The translations under genes and the position numbers were made by a program. Under the pieces are notes generated by a model that was not told where the DNA came from, searched no databases, and saw only the letters and a program-made list of their open reading frames with translations. A stretch of DNA of 64,000 nucleotides, from NCBI GenBank assembly GCA_037447605.1, contig CM074804.1:62001-126000 (forward strand). Direction: 5' to 3'. Every line of letters begins with the position of its first letter. Within the stretch, counting starts at the first letter, position 1. The DNA is from Zygnema circumcarinatum SAG 698-1b (lineage: Eukaryota; Plantae; Zygnematophyceae). Positions 24,451 through 36,365 of this stretch are shown piece by piece.

Positions 24451-25045
24451 GAACAGTCAATGGGAAAGTGGGGAGATATAAGCAGAACAGAGTGACGTCC
24501 AGTGGGGACATGATGATCTTCATAATAAGTAGAGAATGCCCTGGAACATTTCCGGATTGCGAAGTTTTGCCTAAGTGCTCGCGTAGTTCCGTCGATAACC
24601 TCTGGCTCAGGAAGAACCGGGGACGCGAAACGCTGTTGAGGGTCTTGTAAAATGAAAATAAATCCCTCCTTCTGCGCAATGGCAAGCCGGCATTGTACAA
24701 AAGGCAGAAGGGAAACAGCCCTCGACCTCCAAATTTCGAGTGCGAACGGGAGAGGCCAACCGCGAGTCGGCGCTCCGTGCATGGCATTGCATGGCGCGCG
24801 GCAGTACAGTGCGCGCGCACGGAACTGCGCCGCGCGGCCGTCGGCCCTCGCCCGGTTCGCGCGCGCCCGCTCGGGCCTTCGCCGTTTTCAAAACGGCGCC
24901 GTCCCGCCAATCGGCGAGCGGGCCCTCCCTCCCTCCCTCCCTCCGCCGCTCGCCTTCCCTCCATTCGGCCCCCTCTCCCTCCCCTCTCGCCCAGCAGCCA
25001 CAGCATAATAGAGCAACGATTGGAGATAACAAACGAAGAGAATCC

Positions 25046-26685
25046 ATGGCTTTTCGAGATTTCGTCTGTCTCTCGATCGCAGCCGTAATATTGAGCGCAG
25101 GCGTGGCCGCTGGAAAGAAGAACGGTAACAATACCTGCCCCGACTATCGGGCCAACAGCGGATGCGACACGGGGTCCTGCAAGGGGGGAGGCTTAAATGG
25201 AAAGTTCATGGTGCGTATGAGTTCAATGAAAGGATGGCAAAACAATTCAATTCATTTTTTTAAACAGAGCTTTGAAGCATATAGTTTTGCGAATAAACGT
25301 AAGGCAGGCTGGTGTATGGGCCTATCTATGCAGGTCCCATCTGACTGCCCGCTCCTGGTAGGTTACAGCACCGGAGCATTTTTTCTAACTGGAAACCTAA
25401 GCGATGACACAGCGGTTGAGGCCAACATACGCGTGTCGCAACGTAAGACGGCCGCCAAGTGCTGCCAAAAGTGCAAAGAAAAGGCAAAATGCACCGTCTG
25501 GCAGTGGCTCGACCTGTGAGCATGCATTCCCTCCCTCCCCTCTCCTCCCTCTTTCCAATCCATCAGACTCTCTCGAATGCCACTGTCCGCACAATGACAA
25601 ACTGATTTCGCGTGCGCGCAGGGGTGCGTACGGGGGGCTCTGCTTTTTATACCAAGGAGGTATTGGCCCCAACTGCACTACAGACGTGCTGGTGAAGACG
25701 AGGGTGGGCGGCAAGTGCAAGGCGACGATAAACGACGACCCGCACCTGGTGGGCGCGCACGGCACGCACTACGACTTCAGCGGCGCGCCCGGGAAGAGCT
25801 TCTGCCTGGTGTCGGACCGGCGGGTGCACCTGAACATGAAGCTGACGGGGTACCTCGACAACCGCACGGAGAGCGCCTCGCTGCTCTCTGCGGGCGGGCA
25901 GGCGGTGCGCACGTGGATCAAGGAGGTGGGCCTGCTCTGGCGCGGCCCCGCCGGGGGCCACAGCCTGCGCCTCGTGGCGCGCGGCGGGCCGGCCACGGCG
26001 CGCGGCGAGGAGGGCTTCCTGGCGCTGGCGGCCGCGGACGGGGACGCGCTGCCCGCCATGCGCCGCGCGGGCGACGAGGTCCGCTACGAGGGCGGCCTCG
26101 CCATCCGCCTCGAGGCGCTGGAGAAGAAGGGCCCCTACGACGTGGACTACTACACGGTCAAGCTCGACGGCCTGCTGGACATGGACGTGCGCCTCCGCGT
26201 CGCCAACCCGCTCCTGCAGAGGCCCGACGACGCGGAGGTCCACTTCAGCCTCGGCATCAACTGGATCAATGTGCGCTCCGCCCCCTGCCGATTGCCGATC
26301 GCCGCTGCTGTTGACAGACCCGCTTACTTTTTGATCGCTCGCCAACGACCAGGTTGTGCATTCTCTGAAAATGAAGAGCCATCCTTCTGCTTTCATTCTC
26401 CTGGTGGTTTATGCTGTTCTCTCTTTGCCTTTCGTGCTGCAGAGCACTCCTTCCATCCATGGCGTCCTCGGGCAGACGTACCGCGAAGGCCGAGAGCAGC
26501 GCGCCATGGAGTTCTCGCGCGTGGCCGCTCTCCTCCATCACTCCATCGCCGCGGACGGCGAGAGCGGGAAGGGCTTCCTGGACGGCGCGCCCTCCGACTA
26601 CGTGTCCTCCGGCGTGCTGGACGCGGACTGCGCCTTCTCCGCCTACCAGGGCTACGCTAAATTCCCGCTTGGGCTTCCCTTTTAG
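25046..26685 (+). CDS. Secreted PAN/Apple-like + root-cap (vWD-like) protein, copy B (4 exons)
   Basis: MAFRDFVCLSIAAVILSAGVAA signal, CPDYRANSGCDTGSC, TAAKCCQKCK..CTVWQW, and the same DDPH and HGVLGQTY domains as copy A, ending KFPLGLPF*. Confidence 0.85.
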
Positions 26686-27288
26686 TCGCGCTGATCTCAA
26701 GGGGAGGCCCTCCTCCTAATTAGCAATAATGCTGCAATTGGTGGCCTTGGCTTGCGACTGCCAATTCTTCCATCCATTTTCCTCCGCACGGAGGCACAAG
26801 GTGAACTCGTCATGAGTTTATCCTGAGCGCGAACCATAGGCATTGAACATTGTTTATAGTGATGACAAGCATGGCTCACTTAGGAAGTTAAAATGAAAGT
26901 TAGATGCAAACGCAGGCAGTTCTGAAACGCAGTTCTCTGGTGAAGTCTTCATACTGGCAGTGCGTTATAATTATCTCCAACATGTACCAGTCATTTACCG
27001 TCGAGGGAGGCTCAGATAGATTGTTATGAACAAACAGACATTCGTCCGTCCGTGTGTCCAACAATATACGAACAGAGAAGGTTATTTCAAAGCATTCTCG
27101 CAAATGAGAATTTGCCGTAGTTCCAATAAGGAATTGCTTTTCAAGTGGACGAAGCCAATTCACTTACAATCAAACGTCATAACCCTAAATCCTGAAACCT
27201 TGGCTTCCTTCAAGAGACCGCTGCTCCTTTGACGAACGCCTTTTTGAACCAGGAACGCTATTTTCCTCTATTCAAACAGACTAATCCA

Positions 27289-30200
27289 CTACATGCTCGT
27301 TCTCCGTTTCAATGTTTTCAAACGCGCTTTCGACTTGCCCCCAGTATCACTACCATGTGCTTCATGCCCCCCATTCACTACTCGCTTACCCGCCTTTTTC
27401 TTCACCTTAGGACTTGGAAAAGTTCCGAGCCCGTGCCCACTCTGCTCACTCCTCTCACTGCCATCACCATTCTTTTTCCTCCTCTTCTTTTGAGACACTG
27501 TCACAGCCTCAACCGGCTCCTCTCCTTCTCTCAACACATCTCCTCCCCTTCCATCACCTTCACCTTCACCTTCCGCCTCCTCATTACTCAAACCAGCCGA
27601 GGCCCTAACACTTGGCTCAGTTCCATTCTCCGGCTGTATCTTCGAGTTTCTCTTCTTTCTCCTTTCTTTCGATTTCACCTCCTCTCCCTCTGAAACCTTT
27701 CCTTTCTCACCACTGCCTTCCATTCCGTCCTCCTCGTACTCCCCCTCTCCTCTGCTCGGCCCTTTCTCATTTTCTCTCTCGCCTTCCTTCATAGCACCTT
27801 CCTCCTCCATCACTCCCTGCAGCTTATCTTCAACTCTTTTAACGTTCTCCTCTCCCTCACCCTTGCCCTTCCCTTTACCTGTTTTTTTGCGCCTTTGCAC
27901 CTCCGTGTTCACTTGCCCATTAGTGCTCAACAGAGGGGCCCCAACTCCCTCATCTACAGGAGATAAGACCGCCATGGATGCGAGTGTGTAGTCAAGGAGA
28001 AAGGTGCTTCGGAGAAGACGATCGATTCGACTAAAATGACGCTGCGTATAGGGAAGGAGACCCTCTGCAATCTCACGAATTCCCGCCACCTGTCCCTCAA
28101 ACAGCACGTAGGTCAAATAGCGAATCGAGAAAGAAGAAGCTTCCCCACCTCCCATCCTCCCGCCTATTGGGGGAAGGGGGAGGGAAGGGAAACATGTGCT
28201 CAAGTTTTCCCTTGCAGAAGTTTTAGCTGAGCTCATCATCTACAGTATCCTTAGTTTTCACGTAAACTTCTACGCAAATCCTCAAGGAGGAGCGGCGCAT
28301 ACCTGAAGCAGGTCTGCGGGAGAGTGACAGCTCAGAAGGTTGAGCAGCACTTTTTGTGCCACGTGGCAGTGTTTAGCATTGCTGTTCCAGTCCCTCAGCC
28401 ACGTCAGCAGGATCCTCACCTCCTCACCCGCCATGGCTCCGAGCAGTCCTCGGATCTGCTCCTCTCCGTTCTCCACTCTGCCATGCTCCCCCCCACAGCA
28501 GTCCGCCCATGCGACGTTAGCCATTGAAAGGGTCGTATCATCGTTTCGCACCTTGACCAAACCAAACCAATTCCCAACGGGAGATTCAAGCATCGCAGCA
28601 AAAGCCGGCTCCTGCGAGCTCGACCAGTCAGCAGTCAGTTTCCAATGCTTCGACGGTACAGAGAGGGAAGGAGATCGCACTTGAGCAGCTCGGAGAGAAC
28701 CACGAGCATCTTTCCCGGACGGTTCAGTGTGAACGCAAGTTTCAGCGCCTGAGCGTGTTTTCCATCTTTGAGGGCGTTGGAGAGGGCCTGGGATTGCAAC
28801 AGCTCTTCTTCCTGCAATTGGAAGCGTGCACAGCAAAGGCTTCGACCAAAAATTCAGGATTTCTATTGTGTAGAGGTTTCAAAATGTTGTCGTCTAAGTA
28901 GATGGAGGTTTGAAGGAGGTTGCAGCATTCAAGTTTTTGGGATGTTAGCTCATCAGTGTTCTCAGGATTTTGAGAATTCCAAGTTCTTGGTTCTCTACCA
29001 ACTATTTACAGCCTCCACTGCAACCCCAAACTCTTCAAGGGCATTCTTGGGCGTTAGGGATGACAACTTCCCATTTCCCAGAACAGAGGAGCCTAATTGA
29101 AGTAAAACCTTCCTCTCCTATTTCCTAGAGTCATCAGATTTTTTTTTGGAAGTGTTGGGATCTTCAGGAAAGGCACAGTAAACGCGTAAGCACAAACATG
29201 TTTGAAAAAAAAAAGATGAAAGCAGAAAGTGCGGGGGGGCAGCCGACCTCCTGCTTGAGCGCCTCCTCCTCCTCCGCTGCCGTACAGTCGGTCCAAAGCG
29301 TCACCAATGAGTCGCTGCCACCTGTCGCCAGCAGCTCCGTCGTACTGCTTACGGCCAGTGCCCACACCTGGCGAGGGAGACACGTGGCACGTCAAGAGTC
29401 GAGAGAGACCTTTCTTCTTTAGCAGGCACCTCCATTCTTAAATCCCACTACCGTTGCAAACTTCACACAGGTTCGACCTGCCCCGTCACAACTGTTCTGA
29501 TCCCCACACGGTGACATGTACGCATCCCGTCGTACCTTGTCGTCATGATGCTCGAAGGTGTTCACACATTCCCCAGTTCGGAGAGTCCACAGCTTCACCA
29601 ACCCATCCGCTCCTGAAACACACATTTCATAATCTCATCAAGGTATCCACAAGAGCTAATCTGCCGAGTTCTGTTGAACGGAGTCCCACAAATGTATCTC
29701 CCAAACTTCATGCTATCATGCTAATCAGGATGAAAACTGGACCATCGAATACGACCCTCTGCAACCGCAGTGAGCTGCACCTGATGACACTATCTGCGCC
29801 CCCTTGGAGAGAAACGCGGCGCGCAGCACGCTGCCTGTATGGCCCTCCAATGTCTTGAGACATGCCCCGTCCGCGGTCGCCCACACGCGCACGGTCATGT
29901 CCCCGGACGCGGTCAGCACCAACTGCTCGGCGGGGGAAAACTCCACGCACCAAACTCCTCGCTTGTGGCCGCTCAGGGTGAAGGAAAGGGCCAGCTCGGG
30001 CAGCTTCCAAAGTTTTGCGGTGCGGTCCTGCCAGAACAGCGATGAAGCCCGGTTCAGCCCTCCTTTCGGCACAGCCTGCCCGGACGAGGGGAAGAATGAG
30101 AGCGCAGGTCCGATTGCGGAAAGGAAACGAAGACAATAAGCTTAGTAGAAACTAAGTCTTCTTTCTTTACCTGCGAGCCGGTGCAGGCGAGGCCGTCGTT

Positions 30201-32063
30201 GGGGGCCACGGCGAGGGCGTTGATGGCCTTCTCGTGGCCGCCCGCAGCGGCTTTTGACTTCAGCTGCAGGGGGCCGCTCCCTTTGGTCACTCCCTCCATG
30301 GCCCAAAATTTCAACGTCCGATCGCTGCCAAACCAATCAGCCCGATGGAAGACAAGAGAGGATGAAAGCAGCGACGACGGACAGGTGACATCATCTGGAT
30401 GCCCACATGACAAGTAGTTGACGTCATTGACGGTGCTCGAGAACAAAGATGACATCCGCAGGGCAGTCCTCGAAGCGCTGAGGGGTTTCTGCGAGAATCA
30501 CCTTCCGGCACTAAGGAGGAATTCTCCTGTTTTTTTGGAAAAGGCGACTCCTGTGACTGCCGCTGTGTGCCCCGTCGCGACTCCGAGGCAAGTGCCCGTT
30601 TCGATATCCCAAACACGAACCTGTAGGTGCATTTACGATGACATGAATGCCACAAATGGGTTATAGAGTTGTCAAAGTTGAGCTTTTTGAGCACCAATAT
30701 CCCAATTCTCTTAGAAGGAATAAGCGCAAGGGAAAAAAGGAGCCCGTGTGAGGATAAAATCGTCAAATGACTATAGCAACAAAATCTAAGTGAAAGGAAG
30801 ACAAGCATCTCACTGAGTTGTCCTTCGCGCCTGTGGCCAATAGCGGACGACCTTTTCGACCCAAATTGACGTCGAGACAGAGAACAGTGTCCGTGTGGCC
30901 CTTGAGAGAGGCCGCACATGCCCCCGTGGCAATGTCAAAAATGCGCACCTGCCAGACCCCCCCCCCACAGGGATCCTTCAGCTCATCCAAACAGGGCGAG
31001 GGAAACAACGAGTTTTTTTTTTGTTTTTTGAAAAAAGTGTCGATGAATAGTGAGGTGAAAAAATGAGCGGAGACTTTCTAGAATGAGCCTCTTTCTCTCT
31101 TTCTTGGCACATGCAGCACGTTACTCCGGCCGTGAACAAGGCGCACGTGGCACACCTGCGCACTATTGGTGGCTACCGCAAGACGTTTCTCCTCGGAGTC
31201 GACAAATCGGAGGTCCACAACTTCATCCATGTTGCCAATCAACTGACGAACCAACTTCAGTTTACTTTCCCCCTTCTCTCCTTTTGCCCCATCCTCCTCG
31301 ATTCCATTTTCCCCTTTTGTCTCATCAGCGCTTTCCTTACCCCCTTGCTCTCCCTCATAGATAAGAAGCCTCTGGTCTGCAGTGACACACATAAGTCGTG
31401 TCCCTCTGGGGTCCAACAGCAGGGCTGCAGTAAATCCACCAATTTCAGTGGAAGTTTCGCCTTCTTTTCCTTCAGGGGCTGCAGCATCGGAGTCCTTCTG
31501 CTCGTACACGCATGCACCACTGCATTCCTACCACCGTGGGAGAATAAAACTTGCATCATCTTCGATTAAAGTCAAGTCTAAGTTTTTGACTCCCTCTACG
31601 TGTTCCGCAAATTCTCAATACTGTTGCCCCAAGCCTCTAAAACAAGTCATTTGAGACAAGAACTGTGTAGTTTGTACGTATCATCAAATAACAGAGGGCC
31701 AACTGGCAGCGTACGATTGGCGCATACCTGTCGGATCTCCATACGCGGACAACTCCGCGTTCTCCAACCGTGAGGAAGCGTAACGACTCGGAGCTCTTTT
31801 TTGTCTTTTTGACAGGTGGGACGCTCTCTCTCAAGGCTCCGGGAAGACAGCTATCCTCCGGTACAACACACACTCCCTCAAGGGACTCGAACACGGGGAT
31901 TGTGGTTTGATGAGTATACTCCCTCAGGTTCCATACATTCACTACCTGGACCAGGGGCAATGTGCCATCTGTTTGGCCCGATAAGTGAGATAGTTCTAAT
32001 TCTGACAAATGCATCAGGAAAGCTGTGTTTCTTCAAAGCTAAACTCTCATTTCAAGGTCCATG

Positions 32064-32114
<51 letters not shown>

Positions 32115-32124
32115 NNNNNNNNNN

Positions 32125-32167
<43 letters not shown>

Positions 32168-33494
32168 AAGGCTGGCAGGCACAGACTGACCTTATCTCGG
32201 CCGGCGGAGATGAGCGTCCACCCAGAGGGAGAGAAAGCCATGTCGGCGACTGCAGAAAAGTGCTTTTCGAAACGGGCAACAGAACTCCGTGTGACCAAAT
32301 CCCAAACTTGAATGACTCCATCCTCCCCCGCAGAGAGGAGCTGCAGCATAACCAAAACATAGATTTCACCTTTCTGCCGAAAGGGAAAGAGGCATAGAGA
32401 GAAAGCGAGCAGCTAGAAACAGAGAAACATGTTCCTTGCTATAACCTTACCAGTAGGCGGTATGGGTCTGGATGGAAGGTGAGACAGCTGACGACTCCTC
32501 GGTGCCCCGAAAAGGAATGGGTGCAGAACGCCTTCTCCACATCCCACACTCGCACTTCTCCCATGGAGCTTCCCGTCGCCAGGAGGCCTCCGGAGGCATC
32601 CGCAGCCATGGCTGTCACCGGCCACTCGTGTGCCTGCAGGTGGATTGGAAAGTGATGTGCTCCAATTTTTAAAAAGGTTGCATGATTTTTAGGCTGCTTT
32701 GCTGCGAAATTTTGCATTTTGGGCTTTCCATAAATTCGACTTAAGCACTCCAAACATTTTTTTCCTTTGAAAAAAAAAATGGATGTAACAGGACGTGGAG
32801 AAGAAGGTATTTTTTGCCCATAGAGCTCACATAAAATATATGTTATTGAAATCTAATGTTTGAATGTTCGACGCGTATTAAATGTCATGAGGCACATGAC
32901 CTGGCATTAGTTATAGCCAATGTAATGGCTGCTTAATTGCCTTATCTGAGAAATCAGACACTAACCCTAGCTCTAGTTCTCACCAATTTCGTTCACTGTC
33001 ACGACCACCATGGTCCGCCCCTCCTTCCAAAACGCTCACGACTGAACCATCCCCTAAGCCTATTACTAAACCCCAGCACTAGTCCTACATTAACTCTGAC
33101 CATAACCCTCACCCTAACCCTAATCCTAGCCCTAACCCTAAACCTAAACCAGGCACCAAAAGCTCCTCACCTTCCACGATCTCTTGCACTCTCCGGACGC
33201 CACGTGCCACCAGCTGGTTTGCAGGCTGCGGCTGCTGCTGAATGCTGATTGGCCATCAGGGCTGACGGCGACAGCTGTGATGGCCTCGCTGTCCCCTCCA
33301 AGAGTGCGCTCTACGGCGCCTGATGCCAGCTGCACAACCTTCACGTCCTCCCCGCAGGCGCAGAGCAGCCGCTCAGCGGCGCGGGAGAGCGCGGGGCGTC
33401 CCCCTGTGAGGAACACCTGCAGCTGCGCCGTCGGCTTATAGCTCTTCTTCAGCGCCGCCGGAGGAGGAGGACCTTCCAGCGCCGCGGGAGCCAT
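27289..33494 (-). CDS. UTP13: Transducin beta-like 3 / UTP13 (SSU processome WD40 protein), multi-exon
   Basis: KKSYKPTAQLQVFLTGG start, many WD40 repeats (GHKRGVWCVEFS, ASGDMTVRVW, GADGLVKLW), Utp13 C-domain DWNSNAKHCHVAQ and LLPYTQRHFSRIDRLLRSTFLLDYTL, K/E-rich tail. Confidence 0.93.
33095..33150 (+). repeat. Degenerate telomere-like (CCCTAA) tract / telo-box cluster in UTP13 intron 1
   Basis: CATAACCCTCACCCTAACCCTAATCCTAGCCCTAACCCTAAACCTAAACC. Confidence 0.6.
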
Positions 33495-34142
33495 GGCTGC
33501 GCCCGAGCCCGAGCGCGGGCGAGAGAGGAACGAGAGAGAGTGAGCGAGGGTGGCGAGGGAACGCGTTTGAACAAGCTCCCGTACGAAAGGCGACGTTAAT
33601 AACACTCAGATGACGTCATCACACTGACCGCTTCTCTGCGAACGTGACGACAACAGCACGGGGAACTCCGAGAACCACGAAGAAGCAACCGCATGGAACC
33701 GCCCGCTGAGTGGCCGTTCTCTCGTGTGGAACAGCGGCGCTAACAGCGACATGGAACCGCCCGCGTGTTCGGGCCGACGCGTCGCAGCCGGCACCACCGA
33801 TTGGCTCCGCTGCGATGCCCGACCGGAAAATTTGAGCACTGCCCGCATTTCTCAATTTCTTTTTTTTATTTTACCCGCTGGCCATCTTGAGGCCCTCCAA
33901 TCCTTTCCTCGTCCCTACCCGTCGCGTGCTTACCTCGGCCCCGCCACTTTTTAAACTTTTTTTCCAGTTTCCCGTTCAAGCGGGCTCGGCCTCAGGAATT
34001 TTAATTTCTTTTCTGTCCTTCACGGCCGCCATCTTTAGGGTTTGTTGGTTCCAATTCTGTCCTCCGCCCTCCTCCAGGGCGAGTGCGAGGGAGGAGAGAG
34101 GTAGCATAGAGGAAGTGGGTGAGAAGGCACAGAGCTGAAGCC

Positions 34143-35585
34143 ATGGCGGTTGCTTCCCGGAAGGGAGTACGTTCCTTCGCGAAGCTGTTTGCTACCTCCT
34201 CCTCCCTCCCCTCCTTCCGCACTCTTTCCTCCGCTGCCGCTGCTGCCCCTCCCCCTCCCCCTCCTCCTCCCCCCCCTCCCGAAAAGACTGTATTTGGTGG
34301 CCTGAAGGACGAGGACCGAATTTTCACGAATCTTTATGGCAAACATGATCCTTTTCTCAAGGGCGCCTTGAAGAGAGGAGACTGGTACCGCACCTCCGAG
34401 TTGGTGCAGAAAGGCTCCGATTGGATCGTTAATGAGATTAAGAAGTCAGGACTTCGGGGCCGAGGAGGCGCAGGTTTTCCCTCCGGCTTGAAGTGGTCGT
34501 TCATGCCCAAAGTTTCGGACGGGCGCCCTTCGTACTTGGTCGTGAACGCGGACGAGAGTGAGCCGGGCACATGCAAAGATCGCGAAATTATGCGGCACGA
34601 CCCGCACAAACTTTTGGAAGGATGTTTGATTGCAGGAGTGGGTATGCGGGCACGTGCAGCTTACATTTACATTCGCGGAGAGTATGTGAACGAGAGGCTT
34701 GCCCTGGAGAAGGCACGGCAGGAGGCGTATAAGGCGGGGCTTTTAGGAAAAAATGCTTCTGGAAGTGGTTATGACTTTGATGTATACATTCACTTTGGGG
34801 CAGGAGCATATATTTGTGGAGAGGAGACGGCGTTGATTGAGAGCTTGGAGGGAAAGCAGGGGAAGCCTCGCTTGAAGCCGCCTTTTCCGGCAAACGTTGG
34901 GCTCTACGGGTGCCCGACAACCGTCACAAATGTCGAAACCGTGGCGGTTTCACCAACGATTCTTCGGCGAGGGCCGGAGTGGTTTTCAAGTTTTGGAAGG
35001 AAAAATAACGCTGGAACAAAGCTTTTCTGCATTTCTGGACATGTGAATAAGCCCTGCACGGTGGAGGAAGAGATGAGCATTTCTCTGCGAGAGCTTATTG
35101 ACAAGCATGCGGGCGGAGTTAGAGGAGGATGGGATAATCTGCTGGCCGTTATTCCTGGAGGGTCATCAGTACCTCTCCTTCCGAGGCATATTTGTGACGA
35201 CGTCTTGATGGATTTTGACTCGCTGAAGGCAGTGCAATCTGGGCTTGGAACAGCAGCTGTTATCGTTATGGATAAGTCGACAGATGTTGTCGATGCTATT
35301 GCGAGGCTCGCATATTTCTACAAGCACGAGAGCTGCGGGCAGTGCACTCCCTGCAGGGAGGGAACTGGCTGGCTGTGGATGATCATGGAGCGCTTGAAGG
35401 TCGGAAACGCCCGCTTGGAGGAGATTGATATGCTGCAGGAGATCACCAAGCAGATTGAGGGGCACACCATCTGCGCTCTGGGAGATGCTGCAGCGTGGCC
35501 TGTGCAGGGCTTGATCCGCCATTTCCGGCCGGAACTCGAAAAGCGCATTAACGAGTATCAGGACTCTCTTGCAGTTGCGGCATAA
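34143..35585 (+). CDS. NDUFV1: Mitochondrial complex I 51-kDa flavoprotein subunit (single exon)
   Basis: Transit peptide, [63 protein letters not shown], 4Fe-4S motif [18 protein letters not shown]. Confidence 0.98.
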   Translation: MAVASRKGVRSFAKLFATSSSLPSFRTLSSAAAAAPPPPPPPPPPPEKTVFGGLKDEDRIFTNLYGKHDPFLKGALKRGDWYRTSELVQKGSDWIVNEIKKSGLRGRGGAGFPSGLKWSFMPKVSDGRPSYLVVNADESEPGTCKDREIMRHDPHKLLEGCLIAGVGMRARAAYIYIRGEYVNERLALEKARQEAYKAGLLGKNASGSGYDFDVYIHFGAGAYICGEETALIESLEGKQGKPRLKPPFPANVGLYGCPTTVTNVETVAVSPTILRRGPEWFSSFGRKNNAGTKLFCISGHVNKPCTVEEEMSISLRELIDKHAGGVRGGWDNLLAVIPGGSSVPLLPRHICDDVLMDFDSLKAVQSGLGTAAVIVMDKSTDVVDAIARLAYFYKHESCGQCTPCREGTGWLWMIMERLKVGNARLEEIDMLQEITKQIEGHTICALGDAAAWPVQGLIRHFRPELEKRINEYQDSLAVAA

Positions 35586-36365
35586 TAGATGATATACTTC
35601 TTTAAGATAGCTGGTCGGTGCCACATGTAGGTCACGTTGTCATTTGTGCTGTGAACGTCAGCCAGGCAGCCATGCCATTTAATAGTTCAAATTGGATGGG
35701 AGGTGATAAAGGGGAGGGAAACTTTGAGGGAAGCAAATCGGCATCATGCTGTTGACTAGAGCGTCATTATTCGTCCAGGCAGAGACCCGGTGACTTTCTG
35801 GACCCTGACTCGTTCAGGCCGGTCGATAGGCACATACGCCTGAACCTGTAACCGCGTATCCATAATGGGGGGCAGTTCTCGACGATGGACCAAACCTGCT
35901 GTGTTCGTGTTGCCTTCAATCTTTTTTTGTTTGTCTTCTCATCCTTCTGCGTGGGTTGTTTGCTGGCTAACCCAGTGACAGTGAAGTAGACCGGATAGGA
36001 ACAAGATTCACGACGGATGCGCCTTCACGTTCTTTGAGTGATTACCCTGCTCGGGCATCTTCGCTCCCACGCCAGGCATGTGATTTTGCGCCTGTTTTTG
36101 CGCGAAGGGTCTCCTTCCACCCCGCTTAACTGCTGACAGGACATGGTAACGGTCTGTAATTGGGTTGCATGATATTTCACATCCCACCTTCATGAGAATC
36201 GAGGGAAACACACCTCAATAATCTCTCATAAGATCTCTCTCTCTCATCTCTAATAAGCTCTCAAACTTTCCAAGCAATTAGTAACGACATCAAATCTCCA
36301 CGCAGACCACGCACGAGAGAACCATGGGAAGAGAGAGGCACGCTCGTCTCGCAATTTATTCTTGA

